Assembly (NCBI GenBank): GCA_026706485.1
Contig: JAPOYR010000008.1
Span: 42,558 to 106,557 of the forward strand
Reading direction: 5' to 3'
Length of the DNA: 64,000 bases
DNA from: Chloroflexota bacterium
Lineage (GTDB): Bacteria; Chloroflexota; UBA11872
A program made the translations under genes and the position numbers. This document shows, piece after piece, positions 1 through 9,818 of the stretch (its first letter is position 1; each line of letters begins with the position of its first letter). The notes under the pieces are model-generated. The model did no database searches, had not been told where the DNA came from, and was given only the letters and a program-made list of their open reading frames with translations.

Positions 1-292
1 GGCAGTTCTTGGCGTAGTTGAGGCGCGCCCCGGGAAACCACTCCGTGCCGGGCATCCGGTCGGGCCCTTTGACACGCTCGGCGGGAGTGTCGAACTGGAT
101 GTCCGCGAACTCGGCGAAGAGACCCCAAAACGCCTCCCGCTCATCCACCGACCAGCGGTGCAACGCGGCGTAGTCGGCAAACGTCCGACCCGCGCGCGTC
201 TCAGCCTCGCGCCAGAACCGCCCAAGCAGCGTGCGCTGGCGGGCATCCGGCGACGGTCGCCACAACGGATCGGGATGTGCCGTCTGCGTCAC
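1..292 (-). CDS. Acetoacetyl-CoA synthetase / acyl-CoA ligase, N-terminal fragment (gene runs off the left edge)
   Basis: Absent from the ORF track because it is truncated. Manual minus-strand translation from GTG at 292-290 gives MTQTAHPDPLWRPSPDARQRTLLGRFWREAETRAGRTFADYAALHRWSVDEREAFWGLFAEFADIQFDTPAERVKGPDRMPGTEWFPGARLNYAKNC. This resembles the conserved N-terminus of acetoacetate-CoA ligases (HRWSV...FW ... MPG..WFPGA.LNYA.N). The GTG overlaps the glpK stop as GTGA. Confidence 0.6.
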   Translation of the reverse strand, partial: MTQTAHPDPLWRPSPDARQRTLLGRFWREAETRAGRTFADYAALHRWSVDEREAFWGLFAEFADIQFDTPAERVKGPDRMPGTEWFPGARLNYAKNC

Positions 293-1764
293 GCGTCCGG
301 CTCCTCGTCGGGCGCCCAGCGGCGAGCCCGATCGACGGCGGCCCGCCATGTCTCCCGCGACACGGCGCCCAGATCGCCGCGCGCCTCGATCACGCGATCG
401 GGCGGACGGCAACGCCGAATCTCATCCGCCGTGGCCCAGACGCCCGCCGACAGTCCCGCGAGGAACGCCGCGCCCAGGGCCGTAGTCTCCAGCTGCGCGG
501 GGCGAACCACAGGCCGACCCGCGATCGCAGCCTGCAGCTCCAGCAGCAAGTCGCTGCCCGCCGCCCCGCCGTCCACGCGCAGCGGCGCATCGCTTGGGTC
601 CATCGTGTCGAGCACGTCCGCGATCTGGTGCGCGATGGCTTCCAGCGCGGCGCGGCAGAGGTGATCGGCGGTGACTCCCGCGGTCAGCCCCACGATCACT
701 CCGCGCGCCCGCGGGTCCCAGTTGGGCGTACCCAGGCCGGCGAACGCCGGCACGATCACCGCGCCCGCGGCATCCGGCACGCGTCGCGCGCGAACCTCGC
801 ACTCCGCGGCCTGCGCGATGAGTCCCAGACCGTCGCGCAACCACTGGATCAGCGCGCCGGCCACGAACACGCTGCCCTCCCGCGCGTAAGTCACGCGTCC
901 CTCGCGGCGCCAGGCGACGGTGGTGAGCAGTCCCTCGACGTCCGCCGGCCGCTCCTCGCCGGCGACCTGCAGCAAAAACCCGCCCGTGCCGTAGGTCACC
1001 TTGGTATCGCCCGGCGCAAGGGCCAGGTGGCCGAACAACGCCGCCTGCTGGTCCCCGGCGAGACTGGTGATTGGGATGTTCGCCGGGAGGCCCGAGCCCT
1101 CGCCGGTGCGGGCGATCTCGCCGGCGGAGTCGACGATCGTCGGCAGCGCCTCGCGCGGCACGCCGAACAGCTCCAGCAATTCGTCGCACCACGTTCGCGT
1201 TGCCAGGTCCATCAGCATCGTGCGCGAGGCGTTCGAGACATCGGTGACGTACGCGCCTCCGGTCAGATTCCATAGGACCCACGTATCCACCGTGCCCAGC
1301 CGCAGGCTGCCGCGCTGCGCCGCCTCGCGCACCGGGTCATGGTGGGCCAACATCCACTCATACGCCGTGGCCGAGAAGTAGGGGTCGACCGTCAGCCCTG
1401 TCAGCGAAGCAACGCGCGGTCCCCATCCGTCCGCGCGCAACGCCTCGCACCGCGGCGCCGTGCGCCGGTCCTGCCACACGACCGCCGGCGCAAGCGGGAG
1501 TCCCGAAACGGCGTCCCACGCCACCGCCGTTTCGCGTTGATTGGTGACGCCAATGGCCGCCAGCGGCGGGTCGCCGGCGTCGGCGAGCGCAAGTTGCGCC
1601 GCGCGCTGTACGCTACGCCGGATCTCCGCCGCATCCTGCTCGACCCAGCCGGGCCGGGGGTGGTGGGCGGCGATCGGGACGCGCCCCTGACCCGCCACGG
1701 TTGCATCCGGCGCCACGACCAGCGCCGCGGTGCCGCTGGTTCCCTGGTCGATCGCAAGGATCAC
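289..1764 (-). CDS. glpK: Glycerol kinase (FGGY carbohydrate kinase family)
   Basis: 491-aa ORF. N-terminus MILAIDQGTSGT and the length and motif pattern are typical of GlpK (FGGY N- and C-domains, GDQQAALFG). Confidence 0.9.
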   Translation of the reverse strand: MILAIDQGTSGTAALVVAPDATVAGQGRVPIAAHHPRPGWVEQDAAEIRRSVQRAAQLALADAGDPPLAAIGVTNQRETAVAWDAVSGLPLAPAVVWQDRRTAPRCEALRADGWGPRVASLTGLTVDPYFSATAYEWMLAHHDPVREAAQRGSLRLGTVDTWVLWNLTGGAYVTDVSNASRTMLMDLATRTWCDELLELFGVPREALPTIVDSAGEIARTGEGSGLPANIPITSLAGDQQAALFGHLALAPGDTKVTYGTGGFLLQVAGEERPADVEGLLTTVAWRREGRVTYAREGSVFVAGALIQWLRDGLGLIAQAAECEVRARRVPDAAGAVIVPAFAGLGTPNWDPRARGVIVGLTAGVTADHLCRAALEAIAHQIADVLDTMDPSDAPLRVDGGAAGSDLLLELQAAIAGRPVVRPAQLETTALGAAFLAGLSAGVWATADEIRRCRPPDRVIEARGDLGAVSRETWRAAVDRARRWAPDEEPDA

Positions 1765-1800
1765 GGCGGTGCCTGAGTCCGAGGGGTCGGGTACGGTAGC

Positions 1801-2427
1801 ATGACGTTCAACAGGGGTTGCGCACGAGTGGTTCTCAGCGATAGGAGCCTACGCGAGGTCATCGCCTCAGGGCGCCTTCGCATCGAGCCGTTTGACGATG
1901 CCGCGGTACAGCCGTCCAGCATCGACCTGCGGCTCGGCACCGTCATGCGGGTATTCCTGAACCACACCGACACGCACATCGACCCACGCATAGATCAGGA
2001 AACGTTAACTGAGCAGGTGTCCATTCGTCCCGGTGAGCCGTTTGTGCTGCATCCCGGCGAGTTCGTCCTCGGCGGCACCATGGAGCACGTCGCCATGCCG
2101 GACGATCTGGTCGGTCGGATCGAAGGCAAGAGCTCGCTCGGACGCCTCGGCCTGATGGTGCACAGCACCGCCGGCTACGTTGATCCGGGTTTCCAGGGCA
2201 AGTTCACGCTGGAGCTGGCCAACATTGCCACCCTGCCGATCCTGCTCTGGCCCACCATGAAGATTGGTCAACTCTCCATCATGCATTTGACCACCCCTGC
2301 CGAGCGGCCCTACGGATCGCCCGGTCTCGGCAGCAAGTATCAGGGCCAGCCGGAGTCGACGCCCAGCCGGGCGCATCTGGGATTTTCCGAAGTCCCGAAC
2401 CACCATGGAGGCAACGAATCAGGATGA
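1801..2427 (+). CDS. dcd: dCTP deaminase
   Basis: The stretch LSDRSLREVIASGRLRIEPFDDAAVQPSSIDLRLG plus GKSSLGRLGL is typical of Dcd. The start may instead be the in-frame GTG at 1828 (VVLSDRSL). Confidence 0.9.
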   Translation: MTFNRGCARVVLSDRSLREVIASGRLRIEPFDDAAVQPSSIDLRLGTVMRVFLNHTDTHIDPRIDQETLTEQVSIRPGEPFVLHPGEFVLGGTMEHVAMPDDLVGRIEGKSSLGRLGLMVHSTAGYVDPGFQGKFTLELANIATLPILLWPTMKIGQLSIMHLTTPAERPYGSPGLGSKYQGQPESTPSRAHLGFSEVPNHHGGNESG

Positions 2428-2909
2428 CCGCCGAACCGCAGCAACCGTCCGCCGTCAACAACGAAGACGAGCCGTATCTGGAATCCTCCGGCGGCGTCGT
2501 CTACCGCGTGCGCCAGGGTCGCATTCAGGTGGCGCTGGTGCAGACGCAGCGCGGCGCCTGGGTCCTGCCCAAGGGCGCCGTCGAGCGCGGCGAGGCGCCC
2601 GACGACGCCGCCGTGCGTGAAGTCCTGGAGGAGACCGGCATCGTCAGCGACGTGCAGGAAAACCTGGGCGAGATTCGCTACGAGGTTCGGCCCGACCTGT
2701 GGACGGGGTTCGTGCCAAAGATCGTGCATCAATACCTGCTGCTGGCGCGCGGCGGCAACATCCGGCCCGACCCCGCCGAACACGTGGAAGCGCGTTGGGT
2801 CAGCGTGTCGGACGCCATTCGCATGCTGCATCACGCCAACGAGCGCACGGTCATGGTGCGCGCCGAGGAAAGTCTGCGGCGGATGGTGCCCGAGGGCGCC
2901 ACACCCTAG
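2424..2909 (+). CDS. NUDIX hydrolase
   Basis: Nudix box present: LPKGAVERGEAPDDAAVREVLEETGI (G-x5-E-x7-REUxEExGU). ATGA overlap with the dcd stop. Confidence 0.85.
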   Translation: MTAEPQQPSAVNNEDEPYLESSGGVVYRVRQGRIQVALVQTQRGAWVLPKGAVERGEAPDDAAVREVLEETGIVSDVQENLGEIRYEVRPDLWTGFVPKIVHQYLLLARGGNIRPDPAEHVEARWVSVSDAIRMLHHANERTVMVRAEESLRRMVPEGATP

Positions 2910-2921
2910 GAGACGCCCTCG

Positions 2922-4523
2922 CTGCATCGCCGCGACGTCCTCAAGCTTGGCGCGGCGGCCATTGGAGCGTTCGCCGCCGCCAGCGGGCGATCGGTCACCC
3001 CTGCCGGCGCCGTGGGCGGCACGCTCCGGCTGGAGACCAGGACGCCGGAAACCATCGACCCGGCCATCGTGCGCGATGCGGGCTCCGCCGAGTTTTCCAT
3101 GGCGGTCTTTGCCGGGCTCACGCGCATCAACGCCGATTTGCGCCCCGAGCCGGCCCTCGCGCGTGATTGGGAGGTCAGCGACGACGGGCACACCTATCGG
3201 TTCGAGCTCCGCGACGGTCTCCGGTTTCACGACGGGCGGCCGCTGACCGCCGACGACGTGCGCTGGTCGTGGGAGCGCGCGCTCCATCCCGCCACGCAAT
3301 CGCCCACGGCCGCCGTCATGCTGGGCAACATCGAAGGCGCCGACGCGGTGCGCAATGGCGACGCCGACGCCTTGAGCGGCGTGCGCGTGCTCGGCGACCG
3401 GTTGCTCGACGTGCGCCTGGTGCAACGCGCCGCCTACTTCCCGGCGTTGGTCGCGCAGGCGCCCAGCCTCGTCGTCGACCGCGCGAATGTCGCCGCGGGA
3501 CCGGATTGGTCGTTGCGACCCAATGGCTCGGGGCCCTACCGGCTCACCTCGTTCAGCCCGCGATCGGAGGTCGTGCTGGAGTCGGCGCCGACCTACCACC
3601 CGCGGCAATCGGGCCCGGCGACCATCCGCTTCACCGAGCTCGACCCGGGCGAATCGCTGCTCCGCTACGAGCAAGACCAGTTGGACATCGTCCGGGTCGG
3701 CGGTTCCAACATCGATCGCTTCTCGGACCCACGCGAGCCGCGCGCGGCCGAGCTGCGTCGAGCGCCGGAGCTCGCGCTGACGTACCTCGGGTTCAACTCG
3801 TCGCGGCCGCCGTTCGACGATCCCCATGCCCGCCGCGCCTTCGCGCATGCCATCGACCGTCCGCGCATCAATCGCGTGAGCCTGAGGGGTCACCACACCG
3901 AGGCGCGCGGCATCCTGCCGCCCGGCATGGCCGGATACCGCGCGGACTATGCGGGTCTGCCGTTCGATCTCGACGCCGCGCGACGGGAGCTCCGGCTCTC
4001 GCGGCACGGGCCCATCGAGGAGTGGCCCGAGCTCGTCCTGGCCACGTCGGGGTCCGGCCTGACGGCAGGACCGGTAACTCGCGCCATCGTGGAACCGTGG
4101 CGGGACCAGCTGGGCGTCGACATTTCGGTCGAGCAACTCGACTTTCTGGACTACCTGGATCTCCTGGACACGTTCACCGCCGCCGACAGCCCGCGACACC
4201 TCTTTCTGTCGAGTTGGATCGCCGATTTCCCGGATCCGTTCAACTTCCTGGACATGCTGTACGGGTCGAAGCGCCCGAACAACTACGGCGGATTCAATGA
4301 CGGCTTCGTGGACCTGCTGCTCGAGTTGGCGAGCAGCGAGCCCCGGCACGAGCGGCGCCTGGCGCTCTATCGGCTGGCGGAGTCGCGCCTCGTGGAGCGC
4401 GGCGCCGCCGTTCCCCTCTACCACCGCGTGTCGCACGTGCTCGTGCAACCATGGGTGACGCAATACCCCGGTCAACCCGTGGTGCGTGAATGGCTCACCG
4501 ACGTTGAGATCGCGCCCCGCTAG
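2922..4523 (+). CDS. ABC transporter substrate-binding protein, family 5 (Dpp/Opp-like), Tat-signal precursor
   Basis: The ORF-track entry 3012..4523 shows an SBP_bac_5-like sequence. The in-frame upstream codons encode HRRDVLKLGAAAIGAFAAASG (twin-arginine signal) directly after the TAG at 2907. The only possible initiator is CTG at 2922, preceded by AGGAG at 2908-2912. The 5' end is therefore uncertain. Confidence 0.75.
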   Translation: MHRRDVLKLGAAAIGAFAAASGRSVTPAGAVGGTLRLETRTPETIDPAIVRDAGSAEFSMAVFAGLTRINADLRPEPALARDWEVSDDGHTYRFELRDGLRFHDGRPLTADDVRWSWERALHPATQSPTAAVMLGNIEGADAVRNGDADALSGVRVLGDRLLDVRLVQRAAYFPALVAQAPSLVVDRANVAAGPDWSLRPNGSGPYRLTSFSPRSEVVLESAPTYHPRQSGPATIRFTELDPGESLLRYEQDQLDIVRVGGSNIDRFSDPREPRAAELRRAPELALTYLGFNSSRPPFDDPHARRAFAHAIDRPRINRVSLRGHHTEARGILPPGMAGYRADYAGLPFDLDAARRELRLSRHGPIEEWPELVLATSGSGLTAGPVTRAIVEPWRDQLGVDISVEQLDFLDYLDLLDTFTAADSPRHLFLSSWIADFPDPFNFLDMLYGSKRPNNYGGFNDGFVDLLLELASSEPRHERRLALYRLAESRLVERGAAVPLYHRVSHVLVQPWVTQYPGQPVVREWLTDVEIAPR

Positions 4524-6129
4524 CCCCAGGCTGCCGCGCCGGCGCGTCCTGGCCGGCCTTGGCGCCGTGGCCGGCGCCTCGGTCCTGGCCGCCTGCGGCG
4601 AACCCGGCGACGGGCGACCGTCCGCCGACGCCGGCAAGATCGAGCTCTGGATGCGCGAGCCGCTCACGCTCGATCCCGCGCTGGCCTCCACGCCCAACGA
4701 GTTCACCATCCTCAACGCGCTGTTCGAGCCGCTGGTCGCGGTCAGCAGCGACGGGCTGCCAACGCCGGCGGCGGCCGCGAGCTGGGACGTGAGCAACGCC
4801 GGACACACCGTCACGTTCAAGATCCGCCCGGAGGCCCGCTGGATGACCGGCGAACCGCTCACGGCGGACGCCTTCGCCTGGGCCTGGCGCCGAAACCTCG
4901 ATCCGCAGATCGGCGGCGCGTTCAACTATCTCCTCTTCCCCGTACGCGGCGCCCGCGACTACGCCTATGGGCTCTATGAGGATCCCGCAGTGGTCGCCGT
5001 GGGCGCGCCCGACGACTCGACCCTCAGCGTCGGGCTTGCCGAGCCGTCCCCCGGGTTTCCCGCCCGGGTCGCGGCACCCATTTTCTATCCCCTGCCCGAA
5101 GGCGAAATCCGGTCCTATGGCTCGACCTGGACGCAGCCGCGACGACTGCGTGGCAACGGCCAGTATCAGCTGGTGCAGTGGGATCAAGGCCTCGGCCTCA
5201 CGCTGTTTCGCAACGAGCACTATTGGGGCGATCCGGGGACCTTCGGCGAAGTGGTGGTGCGGTTTCCGGAGGAAGACGGCTCGCCGTTGCTGGCGTTTCG
5301 CGGCGGCGCCGTGGACGTGGCGCCGGTGAGCGGCGCCGCCTATCGCTCCGCGCGCGGCGACGACCAGCTGCGCGATCGCCTGCGTCTCTTCGAGCGCGGC
5401 GGCAGCTGGTTCCTCGTGTTCAACACCGCCAAGCCTCCCTGGAATCGGGCGGAGGTTCGCCGGGCGCTGGGCATGGTGCTGGACCGCGAGGAAATGGCGG
5501 CGGCCGTATTCGAGGAACCGACGCTTCCGGGCTGGACCATCGTGCCGCCGAGCACGCTCCCGCGAGAGATTGCCCAACCGGGCCCGGACGTGGATGCCGC
5601 GCGGGGCTTGCTCTCGCAGGCAGGCTTCCCCGACGGCCAGGGCCTGCCGCCCCTCCGATTCACGTTTCACACCACCGACACGTGGAAGCGCCTGACCGCC
5701 TACCTTGCCGCGACGTGGCGCGAGACGCTGGGCGTCGACGTCCAGCCGGACGAGCGGTCGTGGCGCGATTTCCTGTCGTTCACCGACGACCCGGGCGACT
5801 TCGATTGCTACCGCGCCGGGTGGACCTCGGAGTTCGCCGATCCGGCGAACTGGTACGACACGCTGTGGCTCTCCGACGCCGACTATCTGGGCGCCCGCTG
5901 GCGAAACGCGGATTTTGACCGCCATGTGCAAGCGGCCGGAGCGGCCACGGATCCCGAAGCGCGGCGCAACGCCTACCGTGCCGCCGACGCGGTGCTCCAA
6001 GCCGAGCAGCCGGCCATTGGCATCGGGCATCACGCCGACGCCTATCTGTTGCACCCGCGCATCACGGGATTCGGCATCGACCCAGTGACCGGCGCGATCG
6101 ACCTGCGGGCCATCGTCGTCAGCAACTAA
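4486..6129 (+). CDS. ABC transporter substrate-binding protein, family 5, Tat/lipoprotein signal
   Basis: 547-aa ORF with PRRRVLAGLGAVAGASVLAACG (RR motif plus lipobox Cys) followed by an SBP_bac_5-like body. Alternative starts are TTG 4504 or CTG 4531. No permease or ATPase genes are adjacent. Confidence 0.8.
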   Translation: MNGSPTLRSRPASPRLPRRRVLAGLGAVAGASVLAACGEPGDGRPSADAGKIELWMREPLTLDPALASTPNEFTILNALFEPLVAVSSDGLPTPAAAASWDVSNAGHTVTFKIRPEARWMTGEPLTADAFAWAWRRNLDPQIGGAFNYLLFPVRGARDYAYGLYEDPAVVAVGAPDDSTLSVGLAEPSPGFPARVAAPIFYPLPEGEIRSYGSTWTQPRRLRGNGQYQLVQWDQGLGLTLFRNEHYWGDPGTFGEVVVRFPEEDGSPLLAFRGGAVDVAPVSGAAYRSARGDDQLRDRLRLFERGGSWFLVFNTAKPPWNRAEVRRALGMVLDREEMAAAVFEEPTLPGWTIVPPSTLPREIAQPGPDVDAARGLLSQAGFPDGQGLPPLRFTFHTTDTWKRLTAYLAATWRETLGVDVQPDERSWRDFLSFTDDPGDFDCYRAGWTSEFADPANWYDTLWLSDADYLGARWRNADFDRHVQAAGAATDPEARRNAYRAADAVLQAEQPAIGIGHHADAYLLHPRITGFGIDPVTGAIDLRAIVVSN

Positions 6130-6241
6130 GCCGCAGCCTCCGCCGTAGGGGCGGCCCTCGTGGCCGCCCGCGCCCCGTTCCAATCACCGAGGTCGTTCCA
6201 GCCGGGCTCGCGATGGCGCGTCGACCGTGAATGAGAACCGG

Positions 6242-7408
6242 CTACGAACCAGCGCCCTCCGCCTCCCGCCGCATCAGCGCCCGAATGGCGATCAAGGTCA
6301 CCACCGTTGCCGCCATCACGGCGGGAGCGATCAACATCGCGCCGCGCAGCGTCCACGCATCGGCTGCGCCTCCGATCCCCAGCGACGCCCCGATGCCGCC
6401 CAGCCCCAGAATTGCGATCACCGCGCCCAGCATGGCCCCCGCGTCGGCCGGTCGATGCCGCGCCGCCAATGCCAGCAGGGAGGGAATCAGCGCACCGCTC
6501 GCCACGCCGGCCAGCGCCGCACCGGCCACCGCCATCCACGCCTCCGCGGCCAGCGCGGCCAACAGCGCCGCCAGCGCGGTCGCGACCGAGGCGCCGATCA
6601 GCCACGTCATCAGGTCCAGTCGCCCGCTGAGCCAGGCCCCCAGCAATCGACCGACGAATCCGCCCACCCAGTACAGCGTCACCAACGACGCCGCCGCGGC
6701 ACGATCGAGCGCGAAGGCGTACTCGAGAAATGGCGCGAAGAACCCGGCGAGCCCGGTTTCCAGCACCACTACCAGCGCCGACGCCAGACCGATCAGCAGC
6801 AACACCGGCGCCGCGGCCGCCCGAATCACCCCTCGCAGGGAGGTCGGTCGCTCAACGGTGGGCGCGCTCGGAATGCGGGTGAACGCCGCCGCCACGCTCG
6901 CGGCCAGCAGCGCGCTCAGCACCACCGGCGGGCGCCAGCCCCAATCGAGGACGAACGAGCCGCCCACGATGGCCGGCGCGACAATCGCCCCGCCCGCGAA
7001 TCCGAGCTGCGCCAGATTCAGGTCCCGCACCGAAAGCGCGGCTCCGGCACGGGCGATCAGCGCCGTGACGGCAACCTCCGTCGCGCCCCACCCGACCGAC
7101 GCAACCGCCAGCCCCGCCAGAAACGAAAGATACGCGGGGCTCACCCCGGCGAGCAGCATGCCCAGGGCCGCGACGGCCGACGCAACGATGATGCTCGGAC
7201 GGGTTCCGACCCGGTCCGAGATCGGCCCGCCCACCAGCGAGCCAACCGTGTAGCCCAAACCGACCGCCGCCAGGGCCATGCCCGCACCGATGTATTCGAG
7301 CACGAACTCTTCACGGATGGCTTCCAGCGCGGGACCAAGGGCATTGAACGCCACGCCCAGCGACGCGTAGAACCAACCGCTGGCGAGCAGGATCCGCCGG
7401 CGGTTCAC
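6242..7408 (-). CDS. MFS transporter
   Basis: 388-aa polytopic hydrophobic protein (about 12 predicted helices). It has an MFS-like loop motif and two-fold pseudo-symmetry. Confidence 0.75.
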   Translation of the reverse strand: MNRRRILLASGWFYASLGVAFNALGPALEAIREEFVLEYIGAGMALAAVGLGYTVGSLVGGPISDRVGTRPSIIVASAVAALGMLLAGVSPAYLSFLAGLAVASVGWGATEVAVTALIARAGAALSVRDLNLAQLGFAGGAIVAPAIVGGSFVLDWGWRPPVVLSALLAASVAAAFTRIPSAPTVERPTSLRGVIRAAAAPVLLLIGLASALVVVLETGLAGFFAPFLEYAFALDRAAAASLVTLYWVGGFVGRLLGAWLSGRLDLMTWLIGASVATALAALLAALAAEAWMAVAGAALAGVASGALIPSLLALAARHRPADAGAMLGAVIAILGLGGIGASLGIGGAADAWTLRGAMLIAPAVMAATVVTLIAIRALMRREAEGAGS

Positions 7409-7462
7409 GGGCGACGGCGGGATTCGCCCGTCAGACGGCGAGCGGCGCTTGCGCGCGGCGCG

Positions 7463-8695
7463 TCAATGGGCGTAAGCGCCGGATTCGACGATCGATCCGT
7501 CCTTGCCGAAGTCGAATGACGCGCCACCGGCGACCACTTCGCAGCTCTCGGGCAGGTCGGGCAACGCCGCCTCGCTGAGCCAAAAGGTTTCCAGCTCCAT
7601 GGTGGAGGCAATGCGAGCCACGCGCAGCGGTTCGAGTGACGAGCGCTTCGCCAACGAAAGCCCCATCGCCACGCACTCGCGGTCGTTGGGCAGCGTCAGC
7701 GGCACCTTGGCCATGCCCACGGCCATGCTCGTGAGCACGTTGGCATATGTCGGCACCGGGTCGATGTCATCCGTCAGCTTGCGGCTCGTCAGGTCCGCCA
7801 TGCCGATCCCAACCGCGTTCCCGTGCGATTGCTCGGTCAGGCCCAGCACCGCCAGCCAGCGATAGTCCGGCTCGTGCGGCAACTCTGGGAATCGCCGCCA
7901 CATGCCGATCACGTTCGGGTCCATGCCGGTACCGGAAACGTTCTTGCCCATGCGATCGACCACCAGTAGATCGAGGCCGTCGAGCGGGAGGCGCGGGAGC
8001 ACGCCGCGGGCGACTTCAAGCAGCTCACGGTCGGTGGCCTCGAAGGCTTCCGGTCCGACGACCGCGAGCCGATGGGGGCGGTCGAAGGCGTTCTCAACCA
8101 GCCCCACGCCCATGCACACCGGCGCCTCCGCCAGCGCGACCCGCGCCGCTGCCGGAATCGTGGTTGCCAGATCGTGCGCGTGGATGGTCTCGGCGCCGCG
8201 GCGGTTGCCCAGCCCGATGGCGAGCATTTTGCACAGGCCGCTCTCGACGGTTCCGCGAAACGACGTGTGCGGCTTGATCCGCCCGATGACCACGATGCCG
8301 TCCGCGGCCGCCGCGGCCGAATCCAGGTGCACCCGGACGCCGTCGTCGGTCGCCCCGAGCTCGACGGTATCCATGGTCGCCTGCACCGGCACGCCCAGCG
8401 AAGCTTCGCTGATGCCGTATCCGGCCAGCACTTCCGCCTGTCCGGCGGCCGCGCCCCCGCCGTGGCTCCCCATCGCCGGAACGATGAACGGCTCGGCCTC
8501 CAGCGAGCGAACCGCCTCGCTCACGATTCTGGCCACCCGCGCCACCGGCGACACGCCGCGCGAACCGACGGCGATGGCGATGCGGGAACCCGAACCGACG
8601 CCCTGCGCCGTGAGCACGGATCGAGATTCGGCCGCCAGCCGCCGGTCGAAATCCGGCACCTCGGAGGCATCGAATTGCTGCCGCACCAGGTGCAT
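7463..8695 (-). CDS. LarA-like (DUF2088 / lactate-racemase N-terminal domain) family protein, tentative
   Basis: Motifs AMGSHGGGAAAGQAEVLAGYGI and GKNVSGTGMDPNVIG match, from memory, proteins annotated as lactate racemase domain-containing. The ORF-track start (8791) lies inside a family-B repeat (translates LRFLAALGMT), so I moved the start to the ATG at 8695 (MHLVRQQF). Confidence 0.55.
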   Translation of the reverse strand: MHLVRQQFDASEVPDFDRRLAAESRSVLTAQGVGSGSRIAIAVGSRGVSPVARVARIVSEAVRSLEAEPFIVPAMGSHGGGAAAGQAEVLAGYGISEASLGVPVQATMDTVELGATDDGVRVHLDSAAAAADGIVVIGRIKPHTSFRGTVESGLCKMLAIGLGNRRGAETIHAHDLATTIPAAARVALAEAPVCMGVGLVENAFDRPHRLAVVGPEAFEATDRELLEVARGVLPRLPLDGLDLLVVDRMGKNVSGTGMDPNVIGMWRRFPELPHEPDYRWLAVLGLTEQSHGNAVGIGMADLTSRKLTDDIDPVPTYANVLTSMAVGMAKVPLTLPNDRECVAMGLSLAKRSSLEPLRVARIASTMELETFWLSEAALPDLPESCEVVAGGASFDFGKDGSIVESGAYAH

Positions 8696-8747
8696 GCGCG
8701 GCGGTGTCGCGTGATCGTTAACGGCCACGTCGGGAGTGTAGCCATCC

Positions 8748-8899
8748 GTCATTCCGAGCGCAGCGAGGAATCTAAGGGGCCGGACAGACACTCAGCGCAT
8801 CCCGCGTTCTCCGGCATCGCCTAGGTGGCGATCCGGTCCCTCGCCCTTGATGGAAATCCTTGCGCCCCTTCCGTCATTCCCGCGAAGGCGGGAATCCAC
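8748..8899. repeat. Intergenic repeat cluster: family B (8748-8777) and family C (8873-8899)
   Basis: GTCATTCCGAGCGCAGCGAGGAATCTAAGG and GTCATTCCCGCGAAGGCGGGAATCCAC. Both recur many times in the window in both orientations. Confidence 0.9.
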
Positions 8900-9011
8900 G
8901 CCGGCGATTCAACGGGGGAGTGGAGGGCGCCGACCAGTGTTGGCTCACCACGCGCTCCTTTGAGGTCAAAGCCACCAACTACCCGCACCCCGATGCACTA
9001 CCCTTGCCGCC

Positions 9012-9752
9012 ATGCGCGTGGCCGTTGTCACCGACATTCACGGGAATCTGGGCGCCTTCTTCGCCGTGCTGGCGGACCTCAAGACCCAGGCGCCCGATCA
9101 GGTGATCTTCGGCGGTGATGCGGCGCTTTTTGGCGCGCACGCGCTCGAGTGCTGGCAGCGGGTGCTGGAGCTCGGCTGGCCCCTGGTCCAGGGAAACACC
9201 GACCGCTACCTGGCAAACCCGCGCCCCGCCCTGGAGGCCATGCGCCGGACATCCCCAGCGGCGGCGGAGCACTTGGAGCGCAACCTCGCCTGGGCGCGGG
9301 CGCGGCTCGGCGAACGCCTGATTGAACGCATGGCCTCGATGCGCACCGTCATTCGCGTGCCGTCGTCCGCCGGCCCGATGCTTGTGGTTCACGCCTCACC
9401 CGGCAACGACGAGGCCGGCATCACTCCCGACACGTCGGACGAGCAGGTGGACGCCCAACTCGCCTCGGTGGACGCACGGGTGCTGGTCTGCGGCCACACC
9501 CACCGCGCCTTCGTGCGGCACGTGGGTCAGCTGCTCCTCGTCAACTGCGGCTCGGTGGGTCGCACCTACGACGGTCAACCGGGGCAAGCCACCTACGCCG
9601 TGCTGGACGACGGGTCGGGCCGCTGGTCCGCCACCATCCGGCGCGTGCCCTACGACGAGCGCGCGGCGCACCGCAACACTCGCGCCCGTGGCGTGCCGTT
9701 GTCCGAGCCCTTTCTGGATTCCCTGCTGACGGCGCGCGACCCCGCCGCCTAG
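9012..9752 (+). CDS. Metallophosphoesterase family protein (calcineurin-like)
   Basis: Motifs DIHGN, GGD, GNTD, VVHASPGND, CGHTH and NCGSVG appear in the canonical order. Confidence 0.85.
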   Translation: MRVAVVTDIHGNLGAFFAVLADLKTQAPDQVIFGGDAALFGAHALECWQRVLELGWPLVQGNTDRYLANPRPALEAMRRTSPAAAEHLERNLAWARARLGERLIERMASMRTVIRVPSSAGPMLVVHASPGNDEAGITPDTSDEQVDAQLASVDARVLVCGHTHRAFVRHVGQLLLVNCGSVGRTYDGQPGQATYAVLDDGSGRWSATIRRVPYDERAAHRNTRARGVPLSEPFLDSLLTARDPAA

Positions 9753-9818
9753 CAGCGTGCAACGGCGTTCCACGCACCTGATGCTCAACCACGACGCCCG
9801 CCCCGACTACCGAGCACC

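Noticed and set aside
2424-4523. NUDIX and the first SBP as one fused or read-through protein, since they share a frame.
   Set aside because: An in-frame TAG at 2907 separates them. A Shine-Dalgarno-like AGGAG and a complete Tat signal follow, consistent with an independent gene.
2340-4925. Very long ORFs on the opposite strand or in alternate frames of recognisable genes: 2340..4925 (861 aa), 4495..6183, 6227..7519, 18974..20800, 35625..37319, 43133..44761 and 62071..63822.
   Set aside because: Their translations are Arg/Ala/Gly/Pro-rich low-complexity strings with no recognisable motifs. They overlap genes with clear family signatures, which is the expected stop-codon-poor artefact of about 70 % GC DNA.
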